64,000 bases of DNA from Myxococcales bacterium (GCA_024643985.1 JAHELW010000002.1:9335-73334), one strand, 5' to 3'; counted from the first letter of the stretch, positions 51,271 to 60,729 are shown. A program made the numbers and translations. Notes: generated by a model not told the origin, from the sequence alone.

Positions 51271-51681
51271 TCACTGAAGGACGAGCCGGAGGTAGAAAAG
51301 CTGGTTTTGCGCGTTCCGGACGGTGACCTCCGACTCCGTGGCTTCTTGGACCACGAAGCTGTTGCCCGAGCCGACCGTGGAGAAGGTCCCGTTTTGCTCG
51401 AACGAGGTGTACCCGATCACGGTGGTGGGCACCTCCCCGAGTGGATTCTCGAACCTGTAGGTGCTGCAGCCGCGAAACTCGAGCCAGAAGCACTGCTCGT
51501 CGTCGATCGGCGGCAGTGGATGCGACTCCCATATCCCATCGGAGCCCATGGCGCTGCACGGAAGATCGGCCTCCAAGACCGTCCGATCCTCCGAGCTCCC
51601 ACAGGGGCCGCCGCCACACCCGGCCCCGAGGAGCACGAAGAGGACGGCGCCTGCATTCCAAACCGGTCTAAGGCTTTCCAT
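51271..51681 (-). CDS. Hypothetical lipoprotein
   Basis: MESLRPVWNAGAVLFVLLGAGC lipobox with a small Cys-containing domain. It overlaps the upstream gene end by 14 nt. Confidence 0.55.
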   Translation of the reverse strand: MESLRPVWNAGAVLFVLLGAGCGGGPCGSSEDRTVLEADLPCSAMGSDGIWESHPLPPIDDEQCFWLEFRGCSTYRFENPLGEVPTTVIGYTSFEQNGTFSTVGSGNSFVVQEATESEVTVRNAQNQLFYLRLVLQ

Positions 51682-53209
51682 CGCCGCCCATGGCATAGTA
51701 CGCGCGCACCGCATCCACCAGTGATTCGATCGTCTGCTGCTCTGCGGTGCCTGCCACGCGAAGACCGAGCTCGGTTGCGGTGCGCGTCGTGATCGGGCCG
51801 ATCGAAAAGAGGTCGATGTCCTTCAGCCGCGCCGCCGCGTCGTCGCCGAGCACGCTGCACAGGTTGTGGACGGTCGAAGAAGAGGTGAACAGCACGAGGT
51901 CGAGCTCCGACGGATCGACGAGCGCCCGAATGCGCTCTGCCTGCGGGTCGTCGGGCGGGAGGTTTCGATACGCCGCCACTACGTCGACCTCTGCCCCCGC
52001 GGCGCGAAGGGACTCGGGCAACACCTCGCGCGCGACCTCGGCTCGCGGCAAGAGCACGCGGGCTCTTTTCGAAAGGAGAGGGCCGAGCGCGGCGATCACG
52101 CCTTCGGCCCGCGCGTCCGATGGGACGAGGTCGGCGAGGACGCCGCGGGCATCGAGCGAGGCCTGGGTCTTGCCGCCGATCGCGCACACCTTGGCGCCGG
52201 CGAGCGCCCTCGGGTCGAGTCGCTGGTCTCGAAGCATCGTGAAGAATGCGTCCACGGCGTTGGAGCTCGTGAAGAGCACCCATTCGTAGGAGTCGAGGCG
52301 CCTGACCGCGTCGCGGAGCGGCCCCTCGTCCTCCGGCGGGGCGAGGCGGATCGTCGGCGCGAGGATCGGTTGGGCGCCTTCGTCGCGGAGCAGCTCGGTA
52401 AGCGAGCCCGCCTGATGAACCGCCCGCGTCACGAGGGCGCGCTTTCCAAAGAGCGGCTTCGTATCGAACCAACGCAGGTTCTCGCGCAGCCGAACGACCT
52501 CCCCGATGATGGTGAGCGCAGGCAACCCGAGCCCTGCGCTCGAGGCCAGCGCGTGAATGTCGGCAAGCGTGCCAACGACCGTTCGCTGCTTCGGCAGCGA
52601 GGCCCACTGCACCACCGCCGCCGGGGTGTCCGCAGGCCTGCCGTGCTCGATCAACAGCTCGCAGAGCGAGTCGAGCTTTCGCATTCCCATGAAGATGACG
52701 AGCGTTTGGGTCGCGGTGGCGAGCTTGGCCCAGTCGTGGTCCGTGCGGTCCTTCTGCACCGACTCGGTCGCGGTCACGTAGGCGACGCTCGACGCGAGCT
52801 CGCGGTGAGTGAGCGAGAGACCGGCATATGCGGTGGCGGCGAGAGGCGAGGGCACTCCGGGTACGACCTCGAACTCGATTCCCTCCGCTGCGAGGAGCTC
52901 GGCCTCTTCGGAGCCCCGCCCAAAAAGGTAGGGGTCGCCGCCCTTCAGCCGCACCACGGTCTTGCCTGCGCGTGCCGCCTCGACCAAGCGCCGGTTGATT
53001 TCGGCCTGGCGCTCGCCGATGCGGCCGGCGCGCTTCCCGACGAAGACGAGCTCGGCGCCGGGGCGGGCCGCGTGGAGTTGATCGGGATGGACGAGCGCGT
53101 CGTACAGGACGAGGTCGGCCTGTCGAAGTCGCCGCAGGCCGCGCGTCGTGATCAGCTCGGGATCACCCGGCCCCGCGCCCACCAAGTAGACTCTGCCGGG
53201 TGCGGCCAT
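51668..53209 (-). CDS. Uroporphyrinogen-III C-methyltransferase fused to uroporphyrinogen-III synthase
   Basis: N-terminal VYLVGAGPGDPELITTRGLRRLRQADLVLYD...RLKGGDPYLFGRG (CobA/SUMT). The C-terminal ~250 aa are HemD-like (LVTRAVHQAG...VLFTSSNAV...LVLFTSSSTV). Confidence 0.9.
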   Translation of the reverse strand: MAAPGRVYLVGAGPGDPELITTRGLRRLRQADLVLYDALVHPDQLHAARPGAELVFVGKRAGRIGERQAEINRRLVEAARAGKTVVRLKGGDPYLFGRGSEEAELLAAEGIEFEVVPGVPSPLAATAYAGLSLTHRELASSVAYVTATESVQKDRTDHDWAKLATATQTLVIFMGMRKLDSLCELLIEHGRPADTPAAVVQWASLPKQRTVVGTLADIHALASSAGLGLPALTIIGEVVRLRENLRWFDTKPLFGKRALVTRAVHQAGSLTELLRDEGAQPILAPTIRLAPPEDEGPLRDAVRRLDSYEWVLFTSSNAVDAFFTMLRDQRLDPRALAGAKVCAIGGKTQASLDARGVLADLVPSDARAEGVIAALGPLLSKRARVLLPRAEVAREVLPESLRAAGAEVDVVAAYRNLPPDDPQAERIRALVDPSELDLVLFTSSSTVHNLCSVLGDDAAARLKDIDLFSIGPITTRTATELGLRVAGTAEQQTIESLVDAVRAYYAMGGDGKP

Positions 53210-53214
53210 CCTGC

Positions 53215-53715
53215 TCAGAATTCACCCGAATCGTCGGCGGGCGGAATGATCTGCTCGGTCTCGACCACGCCTTTGCTGCGCTTACGCTTCTGGACCGCCC
53301 GCGCCTTCACTTGGGGGCGAACGCCGCCTGCGTCGTTTGGAATGAAGCGGATTTCGGTTTTGACCTCGAAGGACAGTGAAGTGAGCGCACGGTAGAACTC
53401 GCCTGCCATATCCGTGGCCTCGAGGAAATCGCGCACCTCTTTGGCGACACCGCGCACCAGGGCGTTCTTGGTTTCATCGATGGACGCGAACACGTACCCG
53501 ATGACCTCTTTCGGGAGCTTTCCGTCCTGCGTGACCCCGCGAAGCGCGCTGTCGGCGCTCCGGAGCGTGCCAACTCCCGCTTCGATGCCCTTTTCGACGG
53601 CTTTGCGAAGAGTGTCGCGCAAGACACCTTCGGACCAACGACGTTCCCGTTCTTTTTGCTCCGTGTCCGTGGACGCTTCTTCGTCGAATTCTTCTGGCAT
53701 CGCTGCGCCAAGCAT
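53215..53715 (-). CDS. Hypothetical protein
   Basis: Protein-like, charged/helical composition. It sits 5 nt upstream of the cobA/hemD start. No family recognised. Confidence 0.55.
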   Translation of the reverse strand: MLGAAMPEEFDEEASTDTEQKERERRWSEGVLRDTLRKAVEKGIEAGVGTLRSADSALRGVTQDGKLPKEVIGYVFASIDETKNALVRGVAKEVRDFLEATDMAGEFYRALTSLSFEVKTEIRFIPNDAGGVRPQVKARAVQKRKRSKGVVETEQIIPPADDSGEF

Positions 53716-53843
53716 ACCTCATGCGGGCTCCGAGTGCAGTTTCACGAGCTCGTGCACGAGCTGCCGACGCTTTGGAGGCGCCCCTCGGTCGTTTCGAACG
53801 TTACTGCCGAGTCTTGCTTTCAAAAAAATGAACAGCTATACGA

Positions 53844-54785
53844 ATGCAGATGACTCGAAGGGCGAGCACGGTCGAAGAAGTCTGGGCGCAGGCGGAAGAA
53901 GCGCTCGAGGCGTCGTCGAAGCGTGCGGAGGGCCTATTGACTCGGCTCGTGTCCATGGCTGAGGACGGTAGCGACGCGTCGCTGTTCGCGCACCGGCATC
54001 TTGCCGAGCTGCATCTCGAAGACAATCCCTGGAAGTCCGCGCTGCACCTGCGCCGCGTCCTGAGCTTCTACAGCGACGACGACGTTCTTCACGCGCTGAT
54101 GGGGCTCTGTCATGCGCTTCTCGGAAACTACCGCGTCGCCGTGCGCTCTTATCGAGACGCGGCCCAGCTGGCTCCGCAGACTCCGTGGTACCACCACAAT
54201 CTCGGACACCTGATGGACGTGGCGCTCGACGATGCGGTTGGCGCGGAGCCTCATCTTCGTCGCGCCTACCAGCTCGAGCCGGAGCACGACGAGATCATCG
54301 GCTCGCTTGCGCACTGCGTGGCGCGCCTCGGCGACCTCGAGGAGGCGGAGCGCCTCGCAGAGCTCGCGCGAGAAAAGGGGCCGTGCAACCCCGACCACGA
54401 CGCGCTGCTCGGATGGATTCGCGGTGGCGCGACGGCTTCGCCGGCGACGTCGGCTCAGCCTCGTCGGCCGCCGACCGACCGCGTCGCGGAAACCGTACAG
54501 CTCAAGATGGGCGAAGCGGGCTTTTCGCGCGAAGAGATCGAACGTGCGACGCAGCTCTGGTCCGACATGCAGGCCCACTGCGAGCTCCGGGTCACCAAAC
54601 CCGAAGTGCTCGCGGCCGCGCTCGAGTACGCCATCGCGGTGGTTGAACGAAGGCCCGGCTGCACGCAGGCGGAGGTTGCCCGTCGATACGGCGTGGCGCC
54701 GACTTCGGTGTCCGCCCGCTTTGCGCAGATCCGAAACGCGCTTGCACTGCGTCCCGGCGATCCGAGGTACGCGGCGTCACGCTGA
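53844..54785 (+). CDS. TPR-like protein with C-terminal HTH-like segment
   Basis: TPR-like helices (ALMGLCHALLGNYRVAVRSYRDAAQLAPQTPWYHHNLGHLM). The C-terminal CTQAEVARRYGVAPTSVSARFAQIRNAL resembles a sigma-70 region-4-type HTH. Confidence 0.6.
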   Translation: MQMTRRASTVEEVWAQAEEALEASSKRAEGLLTRLVSMAEDGSDASLFAHRHLAELHLEDNPWKSALHLRRVLSFYSDDDVLHALMGLCHALLGNYRVAVRSYRDAAQLAPQTPWYHHNLGHLMDVALDDAVGAEPHLRRAYQLEPEHDEIIGSLAHCVARLGDLEEAERLAELAREKGPCNPDHDALLGWIRGGATASPATSAQPRRPPTDRVAETVQLKMGEAGFSREEIERATQLWSDMQAHCELRVTKPEVLAAALEYAIAVVERRPGCTQAEVARRYGVAPTSVSARFAQIRNALALRPGDPRYAASR

Positions 54786-54824
54786 AAAGTAGCCAGCGTT
54801 CGCGCAATCGCCTATCCGGGATTC

Positions 54825-55634
54825 ATGCGTGCGCCCGCAAGCACCACGATGCTTTGCCGCGTGCTGCTCGGCCTCGACCGAGCGAGTGCAACCGGAAGGC
54901 TGTTCCTCCAGGGTGAGGGGCGGCGCGCCACGCTGTGCCTGGAAGACGGCCTGTTGGTTGCGGCGAACGTCGACCGGCGGGTCGCGAGCTCGCACCGCCA
55001 GCTCCTCGAAAGCATGCTCGGCACGAGCGGGTGGGAGGGGCTCGTGCTTCGTTTCGCACCCGGGCCTTTCGCCGTCACGTGGTGGAAGCTCGCAGAGCCC
55101 ACGTCCGCGCAGGAGCTTTCGCTTCACCTCCTGCGAGCTGCCACGAAGCGCGTGGATATCGAGACGATTCGCGCGGACCTGGGCGACACGGTCTATCACC
55201 TCACCGCCTCCGGGGATGCGCTCATGCGAGGCATCGCGCTTCGGCCGGAAGAGACCGCGGTGGTCGTCTGGCTTCGAAGAGGGGTTTCGGCCGAGGACGT
55301 GCCGACCCTTCCTGGATGCGGCGTGGCGGGCTACCGCTTCGTGTGGATGCTGAAGCTCTTGCGCTGCGCCGCGCCGAAATCGACCGGGTCGTACCCGCTG
55401 CTCCTTCGCAAGAGACGAGAGGTCCGTGAGCGCGCCTCGGCGCGCGCGCTGCTCGACCTGCCCGAGGATGCCCGTGGCCAGGACGCTCGGCGTGCGCTCC
55501 GCAAGCTCGTCCGCGACCTCCATCCCGACCGGTTCGGCGAGGGTGCACCGCCGGCGCTACGACGCGCTTCGGGCGAAATCGTCACCGCACTCGTCGATGC
55601 GGAGGCGTTGCTCGCATCCGGCGCGACCGAGTAG
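54825..55634 (+). CDS. J-domain (DnaJ-like) protein with DUF4388-like N-terminus
   Basis: The C-terminal LLDLPEDARGQDARRALRKLVRDLHPDRF carries the HPD motif. The N-terminal GRLFLQGEGRRATLCLEDGLLVAA resembles DUF4388/PATAN-type domains. Confidence 0.7.
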   Translation: MRAPASTTMLCRVLLGLDRASATGRLFLQGEGRRATLCLEDGLLVAANVDRRVASSHRQLLESMLGTSGWEGLVLRFAPGPFAVTWWKLAEPTSAQELSLHLLRAATKRVDIETIRADLGDTVYHLTASGDALMRGIALRPEETAVVVWLRRGVSAEDVPTLPGCGVAGYRFVWMLKLLRCAAPKSTGSYPLLLRKRREVRERASARALLDLPEDARGQDARRALRKLVRDLHPDRFGEGAPPALRRASGEIVTALVDAEALLASGATE

Positions 55635-55637
55635 ACG

Positions 55638-56171
55638 TCACTCCGTTCGCTGGTGCACGACGAGCGCCTCGCCGGTCGTGAAGCCGCGCCGGCCGATAGT
55701 CGCCCCCCGTTCGAAGGTCGAGCGAACTCCGTCACCGTCTAAATCGCCCTCGGCGCGAAACACGATTGACACGGCGTCGCCAGTCTCGCCGAGGGCGCAC
55801 CCGTCGGCGCTTGGCAGGAAGCGGTAGCTGAAGCGAACCGGACGACTCGGTTGAAAGCGAAGCGCCCTCCACGACTCGTGTCCGGTCCACTCCGAAGAGA
55901 AGAAGTCGACGTGCTCGGGATCGACAGCCGGCGCCTCGGGCGTGGGCCCTGCCTCGGGCGGAAGGCATCGTTGCGCGCTCGACGACCACGTCGTATCGAA
56001 GTAGGCATTGGCTCCTCGGCTCATCGCTTGAAGCAGCTCTCCGGCCTCGCTGATCTTGTTGGTCCGAACACGCCGCACGAAGGTCGGCACGAACACCGCA
56101 AGCACGACCGCCATCAGGCTGAGCAGCAGCCCGGCTTCGATCACGCTCAGTCTCGGGCCGCCTCGAGCCAA
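55638..56171 (-). CDS. Degenerate pilin/pseudopilin-like protein
   Basis: The N-terminal RLSVIEAGLLLSLMAVVLAVFVPTFVRRVRTNKISEAGELLQAMSRGANAYF parallels the pilin alpha1 helix (Glu at +5) but has Arg instead of Gly at -1. C-terminal EGDLDGDG motif as in the neighbouring pilins. TTG start. Confidence 0.55.
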   Translation of the reverse strand: MARGGPRLSVIEAGLLLSLMAVVLAVFVPTFVRRVRTNKISEAGELLQAMSRGANAYFDTTWSSSAQRCLPPEAGPTPEAPAVDPEHVDFFSSEWTGHESWRALRFQPSRPVRFSYRFLPSADGCALGETGDAVSIVFRAEGDLDGDGVRSTFERGATIGRRGFTTGEALVVHQRTE

Positions 56172-57035
56172 CTAGCCCGCATCCTCCAAACCGGACGCGC
56201 TCTGCACGGGATCGGCGACGAAGAAGTAGAGCGTCGGCGGCATGTATGGGTACTCCTCGAGCCGCCGCTGCTCGAACTCCTCATTGACTCGTCGAAAGGC
56301 CTCTGCGTAGGCCTCGTCGCGGAGCTGCGACAATCGAATCTCGATTTCTTTCTTCACATCCGGGTCGTGGACGAGGGAGTACATCTCCTCGAGATGACGG
56401 AGCTCGCGTTCTTTTTGGCCGAGCTTGCGAAGGGAGGTGGCGTTCGTGATGACGAGCCAGTCCGGCCCCGCGCCGAGCCGCGCGGCGGCCATCATGTGCT
56501 CGTTGCCCTCGAGGCGCAGGCGCTCGCGGTCGGGATGATCCCTCGGGAGGTGCGGGAGGAGGTCGTAGGTGATGGTGGCGCCCGCATCCCAGGCGAGCTC
56601 GCCGTCCTCGGGGAAGCGCGCGACGCCGGCCCGGAGCACGTCGATGGCCCGTTCGATGAACTCGAGGGGGCTCCCCTCCGGAGTGTAGACACCGGCCACC
56701 CCCACCCAGCGGTAGACGCGCCGGAAATCCGGGTCGAGGGTCAGCATCGCATCGCCGTACTTGAAGACGTGCCTCACCGCGCCGCGGTTCTCGAACTCGT
56801 CGCCGAAGTAGATCAGCGCGCGGAGCCAAATCAGGTCGGCGAGGGCGCGCCGATGGCCGAGGCTCATCACCTCGAGCCATGCCGGGGGCGGAAGATAGTA
56901 GATGTCCTCGTAGGTCTGGGCGGACAGGTAGTCCTCCATCGCCCTGCCGCGAAGCGACCACATCCCCGCGAGCGCGGCGAGCAGAAGGACTACTGCGATG
57001 ACTCGGGCCCCCATCGTCGTCGGGATTATAGCCAA
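56172..57035 (-). CDS. Hypothetical membrane-anchored protein in pilin cluster
   Basis: An N-terminal TM helix VIAVVLLLAALAGMW and a helical soluble part. It lies between pilin-like genes on the same strand. No family recognised. Confidence 0.6.
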   Translation of the reverse strand: MAIIPTTMGARVIAVVLLLAALAGMWSLRGRAMEDYLSAQTYEDIYYLPPPAWLEVMSLGHRRALADLIWLRALIYFGDEFENRGAVRHVFKYGDAMLTLDPDFRRVYRWVGVAGVYTPEGSPLEFIERAIDVLRAGVARFPEDGELAWDAGATITYDLLPHLPRDHPDRERLRLEGNEHMMAAARLGAGPDWLVITNATSLRKLGQKERELRHLEEMYSLVHDPDVKKEIEIRLSQLRDEAYAEAFRRVNEEFEQRRLEEYPYMPPTLYFFVADPVQSASGLEDAG

Positions 57036-57053
57036 AAGAAGCCGCCGAACCTT

Positions 57054-57085
57054 AAAAGCAAAAGGCCGCGACTTTGGTCGCGGCC
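57054..57085 (-). terminator. Rho-independent terminator after the major pilin gene
   Basis: The minus strand reads GGCCGCGAC-CAAA-GTCGCGGCC (perfect 9-bp stem) followed by TTTTGCTTTT, 32 nt downstream of the pilin stop. Confidence 0.7.
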
Positions 57086-57116
57086 CCTGCCGTCGTTGGT
57101 CTTACCCGAAGAGTGA

Positions 57117-57689
57117 TTACTCGAGCGGGCTGACCGAGTGGATGCCAGGCGCGCGGTAGAGCGCGTTGTCCGGGTTGGAGCCGGCGGCAAGCGTGAACGT
57201 CGAGTTCGTGTTGTCGCCGTCCAAGTCACCGTAGGCCTGGAAGCTGTAGATGGTCGTGTCGCTCGCCCCGTTGCCGCAGGTGCTCGAGGTCGGCGAGGCC
57301 AGGATGTTGTAGTCGAAGTAGATCGGGTCCGCCGGAGCGAAGTTCACCGCGCTGAACGACGCGGCATTCGTCTCAGCACCCCAGTTGACGACGCGCTTCT
57401 CATCATCTGGATCGCCCGACTGTGCCGCGAGGTCGACGGTGCAGTGGGTCGAAGCCGCGGCGCTGTCGCCCGCGGTGACCATGCCGGCCGCCCAGTTCTC
57501 AGCCTCGTAGTAGGCCGCAGCGCCCTGGAAGAGCGACTTGAGGTTCGCACCCGCTTCCGAGGTCTTCGAACGCTTCACGTAGTTGATGAATGCCGGGATC
57601 GCGATCGCGGCGAGAATGCCGATGATAGCGACGACGATCATCAGCTCGATGAGGGTGAATCCCTCTTTCTTCGAGAGTAGCTTGTTCAT
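57117..57689 (-). CDS. Type IV pilin (PilA-like major pilin candidate)
   Basis: The prepilin leader [34 protein letters not shown] has canonical G-1, F+1 and E+5. It has its own sigma-54 promoter and strong terminator. Confidence 0.9.
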   Translation of the reverse strand: MNKLLSKKEGFTLIELMIVVAIIGILAAIAIPAFINYVKRSKTSEAGANLKSLFQGAAAYYEAENWAAGMVTAGDSAAASTHCTVDLAAQSGDPDDEKRVVNWGAETNAASFSAVNFAPADPIYFDYNILASPTSSTCGNGASDTTIYSFQAYGDLDGDNTNSTFTLAAGSNPDNALYRAPGIHSVSPLE

Positions 57690-57755
57690 GTTTCGGTTTA
57701 CCTTTCCCCCGGGCCCAGTGCCCGCTTAATCCAGAGTTGCTTGGCACCAGGACGA

Positions 57756-57771
57756 TGCAGTTGCCGTGCCA
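57756..57771 (-). promoter_or_regulatory. Sigma-54 (-24/-12) promoter for the pilin gene
   Basis: The minus strand reads TGGCACGGCAACTGCA versus the consensus TGGCACG-N4-TTGCW (one mismatch), about 65 nt upstream of the ATG at 57689. Confidence 0.6.
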
Positions 57772-57856
57772 ATTGTCCCGATGACGGGCTCTAGTGGAAA
57801 TTGTTGGCAAATCGGCTGGCGCGGGTGTCGGAAAGTGACCGCTAGAGACAGATTTT

Positions 57857-57884
57857 GTCACCCACAGGTGACGGAAATTGTCAC
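57857..57884 (-). promoter_or_regulatory. Candidate enhancer-binding-protein site (inverted and direct GTCAC/TGTC repeats)
   Basis: The plus strand reads GTCAC-CCACAG-GTGAC-GGAAATT-GTCAC, about 90-110 nt upstream of the sigma-54 promoter. Confidence 0.3.
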
Positions 57885-58390
57885 TCCCAGCCGCCTTTTG
57901 CAGTGGCACTGTTATAAACATGCGTGGCTTGGGAGTACATCTCGAGGAAGAACGTGTCGGTGTCTTCGTCGAGATCGCCCTGGGCCCGCGCGACGAACCA
58001 GTGGTCGTCGTCGTCGAGGTTCGTGCCGCTCGGCGGAGTGTCGCCGGGGAAGCCCGCGATGGTGGCGTACTGGAAGCGCACGGGCCCGTCCGGGGCAGCG
58101 CCCAGCTGGTCCCATTCGTCCGTGGTCTCCCAGCCGACCGGGTCGATGCCCGGAATCGTCGTCGGGTTGTACGTGCCCCAGCTATCGCCGTTCACCGCGC
58201 AGTACTGGCCGAACTCGTTTCGGTAGGATTCCTGGCGCTGCTTGATCTTGCCGAGAAAGTTCGTCGCCTCTGAAACTCGCGCCTTGTAGATGTACGACGT
58301 GAAGGTCGGGATCGCGAGACTCGCAAGAACGCCGATGATCACGACCGCGACCATGAGCTCGGTGATGGTAAAGCCTTGATTGCGCCTCAT
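57881..58390 (-). CDS. Type IV pilin-like protein (paralog 1)
   Basis: MRRNQG/FTITELMVAVVIIGVLASLAIPTF. The ATG at 58390 overlaps the upstream stop (ATGA). It contains GDLDEDTD and ends GGWE. Confidence 0.85.
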   Translation of the reverse strand: MRRNQGFTITELMVAVVIIGVLASLAIPTFTSYIYKARVSEATNFLGKIKQRQESYRNEFGQYCAVNGDSWGTYNPTTIPGIDPVGWETTDEWDQLGAAPDGPVRFQYATIAGFPGDTPPSGTNLDDDDHWFVARAQGDLDEDTDTFFLEMYSQATHVYNSATAKGGWE

Positions 58391-58956
58391 TCGTATCCTC
58401 CCGTACCGACCGCGCTGTTGTACATGATGCGCGAATCCGCATAGACCTCGAGAAAGAAGGTCGTGCCGTCCCCATCGAGGTCCCCTACGGCTTGCGCAGC
58501 GAACCAAAAGTCGCGGTTGCTGATGTTGCTGTTGGTGGGAGGTGTCGATCCCGGCGCGCCTGCGACGGTCGCGTATTGGAAACGGACCTGGTTTGGCGAG
58601 CTGAGCCCGAGCTCTTCCCACCCGGTGCCGCCCGGCCAGGCCACGGGGTTCGCCCCCGGAACCGTCGTGGGGGTATACGTTGCCCCGCTCCAGTCCCCGC
58701 CGCCGCTCACCGCGGCGTAGTTGCCGAAGCGGCTTCGGTAGGTCTCTTGCCGGGTCTTGATCTCGTTCAGGACCGTGACCGCTTCGCTGACGCGCCCACG
58801 ATAGACGTAGCCTTTGAACGCCGGGACGGCGAGAGTAGCCAAAATGCCGACGATCGCCACCCCGATCAGAAGCTCAATCGTGGTGAAGCCTGCGCTTCGT
58901 CGATGATGTGCCAAGGAAGATCCTCCAGCACGCAGTATATCAATCGTTCGCCGCAT
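58387..58956 (-). CDS. Type IV pilin-like protein (paralog 2)
   Basis: ...HHRRSAG/FTTIELLIGVAIVGILATLAVPAF, GDLDGDG, C-terminus GGYE. It is clearly paralogous to 57881-58390. The leader length and start are uncertain. Confidence 0.8.
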   Translation of the reverse strand: MRRTIDILRAGGSSLAHHRRSAGFTTIELLIGVAIVGILATLAVPAFKGYVYRGRVSEAVTVLNEIKTRQETYRSRFGNYAAVSGGGDWSGATYTPTTVPGANPVAWPGGTGWEELGLSSPNQVRFQYATVAGAPGSTPPTNSNISNRDFWFAAQAVGDLDGDGTTFFLEVYADSRIMYNSAVGTGGYE

Positions 58957-60325
58957 CGCCCACTTCGGGCCCGATGTGTTTTGCCAAACGATACCGGAAC
59001 TGACGGAAGCTCATGCCGAGAAGCTCGGCGGCCTTCTTGCGGACCCCGTCCGACTGGTCGAGCGCGCGGAACAGGAGCTCGCGCTCCACTTGTGTGAGGT
59101 ACTCATCCAAATCGAAGCCGCCCTCGGGAATCTCCGAGGGTGCGCCCGCCTTTTTCGCGGGGTGACTGTCGCCGAGGTCTTCCCGCTCGACGGTCTTGCC
59201 GCGCGCGAGGGTCACGCCGCGTTCGACGATGTTTTCCAGCTCACGAACGTTGCCCGCGTATGGCTGCTGCGCGAGCCAGCGCATCGCCTCGGCGGAGAGC
59301 TCGAGCTGCCGGCCCTGAAGGGCTGCGTGCTTTTGAAGGAAATAGTTGGCGAGGACTGGGATGTCTTCCTGCCTCTCGCGAAGTGGCGCAACCTCGATCC
59401 GAATCACGTTGAGCCGGTAGAAGAGGTCTTCCCGAAACGTGCCCGCCTCGACCTCCGCTTCGACGTCGCGATTGGTCGCAGCGATGACTCGGACGTCGAC
59501 CTCGACCTCGTCGCTCCCTCCGACGGGGCGCACCCTTCGGTCCTGAAGCACTCGAAGCAGCTTCACCTGGAGCGCGGGTGGAAGCTCGCCCACCTCGTCG
59601 AGGAAGAGGGTGCCGCCGTCGGCTGCGCGAAAGAGCCCTTCTTTGGCGGCGGTTGCGCCCGTAAACGCCCCTTTCACGTGCCCGAAGAGCTCGCTTTCGA
59701 TCAGGTTTTCCGGAACCGCTCCGCAGTTGAGAACCACGAACGGCTGGTCGGAGCGCGGGCTCTGAAAGTGAAGGGAGCGCGCGACCATTTCTTTTCCCGT
59801 GCCGCTCTCGCCCGTGATCAGCACGCTGGTCGTCGAGCCGGCGAGCCGCTTGACGAGGTCCCGCAGCCGTTCGATTGCAGGGCTCTTGCCGATCAGCTGG
59901 CCTTCGCTCCAGCGTGACTTGACCTGGGCTCGAAGGTTCTCGTTCTCGGCCACGATTGCGCGCTTTTCGAGGGCTTTTTCGAGCGTGGCAAGCAGCTCGC
60001 TGTTCTTGAAGGGCTTTTGAACGTAGTCATAGGCGCCGCGGCGCATCGCCTCGACGGCCTGCTCGGTGGTGGCGTACGCGGTGATCATCAGGGTTTGTGT
60101 GTCCTTCGAGCGCGCGCGCACGGCATCGAGCACCTCCATTCCGGTGCCGTCTGGCATCACCAGGTCGGTGATCACGACATCATACGGGTCCGAGCTCCCC
60201 AGCTGATCGCGTGCCGCGTGCAGGCCGTCGACCACGTCGACGTCGTAGCCTTCGCGCCGGAGCAGGATCTGCAGCATTTCGCGCAGACTCGCTTCGTCGT
60301 CGCAGACCAAAATACGCACGGACAC
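58940..60325 (-). CDS. Sigma-54-dependent response regulator (NtrC/PilR-like)
   Basis: Receiver domain (ILVCDDE ... VITDLVMPDG), AAA+ domain with GESGTGKE and GAFTGA, and a C-terminal Fis-type HTH (AAELLGMSFRQFRYRLAK). Confidence 0.92.
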   Translation of the reverse strand: MSVRILVCDDEASLREMLQILLRREGYDVDVVDGLHAARDQLGSSDPYDVVITDLVMPDGTGMEVLDAVRARSKDTQTLMITAYATTEQAVEAMRRGAYDYVQKPFKNSELLATLEKALEKRAIVAENENLRAQVKSRWSEGQLIGKSPAIERLRDLVKRLAGSTTSVLITGESGTGKEMVARSLHFQSPRSDQPFVVLNCGAVPENLIESELFGHVKGAFTGATAAKEGLFRAADGGTLFLDEVGELPPALQVKLLRVLQDRRVRPVGGSDEVEVDVRVIAATNRDVEAEVEAGTFREDLFYRLNVIRIEVAPLRERQEDIPVLANYFLQKHAALQGRQLELSAEAMRWLAQQPYAGNVRELENIVERGVTLARGKTVEREDLGDSHPAKKAGAPSEIPEGGFDLDEYLTQVERELLFRALDQSDGVRKKAAELLGMSFRQFRYRLAKHIGPEVGDAAND

Positions 60326-60380
60326 GGCTCGTCACCCCCAACCTTCATCCTACGTCAAAACCGCGACGCGGCCACGAGAC

Positions 60381-60665
60381 TTACTCGAACCCGGCTCGGC
60401 GACCTCCGCCACCGCTCGGGGGTCGCACGCAGATGCCGTGTAGGCTGCTGTATTCCACGCAGTAGACCGAGTGATGCTCGCGCGAGGTTGCTTCACAGAA
60501 TGCTTCGTGGAGCTGGAGGCTCGCGACTTCGGACACCTCCATCGCTTGCCCCGGCTCTCCGATGTAGACCGACAAGCTGAAGCCGTCCTGGACAGTGTAC
60601 TGGCTGCCGGTTCGCTCGATGCCGGCGGCGGCGTCGAGCATCGCTTCGAACGTAAGTCGTTCCAT
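60381..60665 (-). CDS. Small hypothetical protein
   Basis: 94-aa ORF divergent from the GbsR-like regulator gene. The first ~80 aa look protein-like and the tail is Gly/Arg-rich. Confidence 0.4.
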   Translation of the reverse strand: MERLTFEAMLDAAAGIERTGSQYTVQDGFSLSVYIGEPGQAMEVSEVASLQLHEAFCEATSREHHSVYCVEYSSLHGICVRPPSGGGGRRAGFE

Positions 60666-60729
60666 GCGGCGGAGCTTTCATGCGAGCCGGCGGCTGGTCA
60701 AGCGTAAGCGTTCGGGGTAGGGCGCTAAG

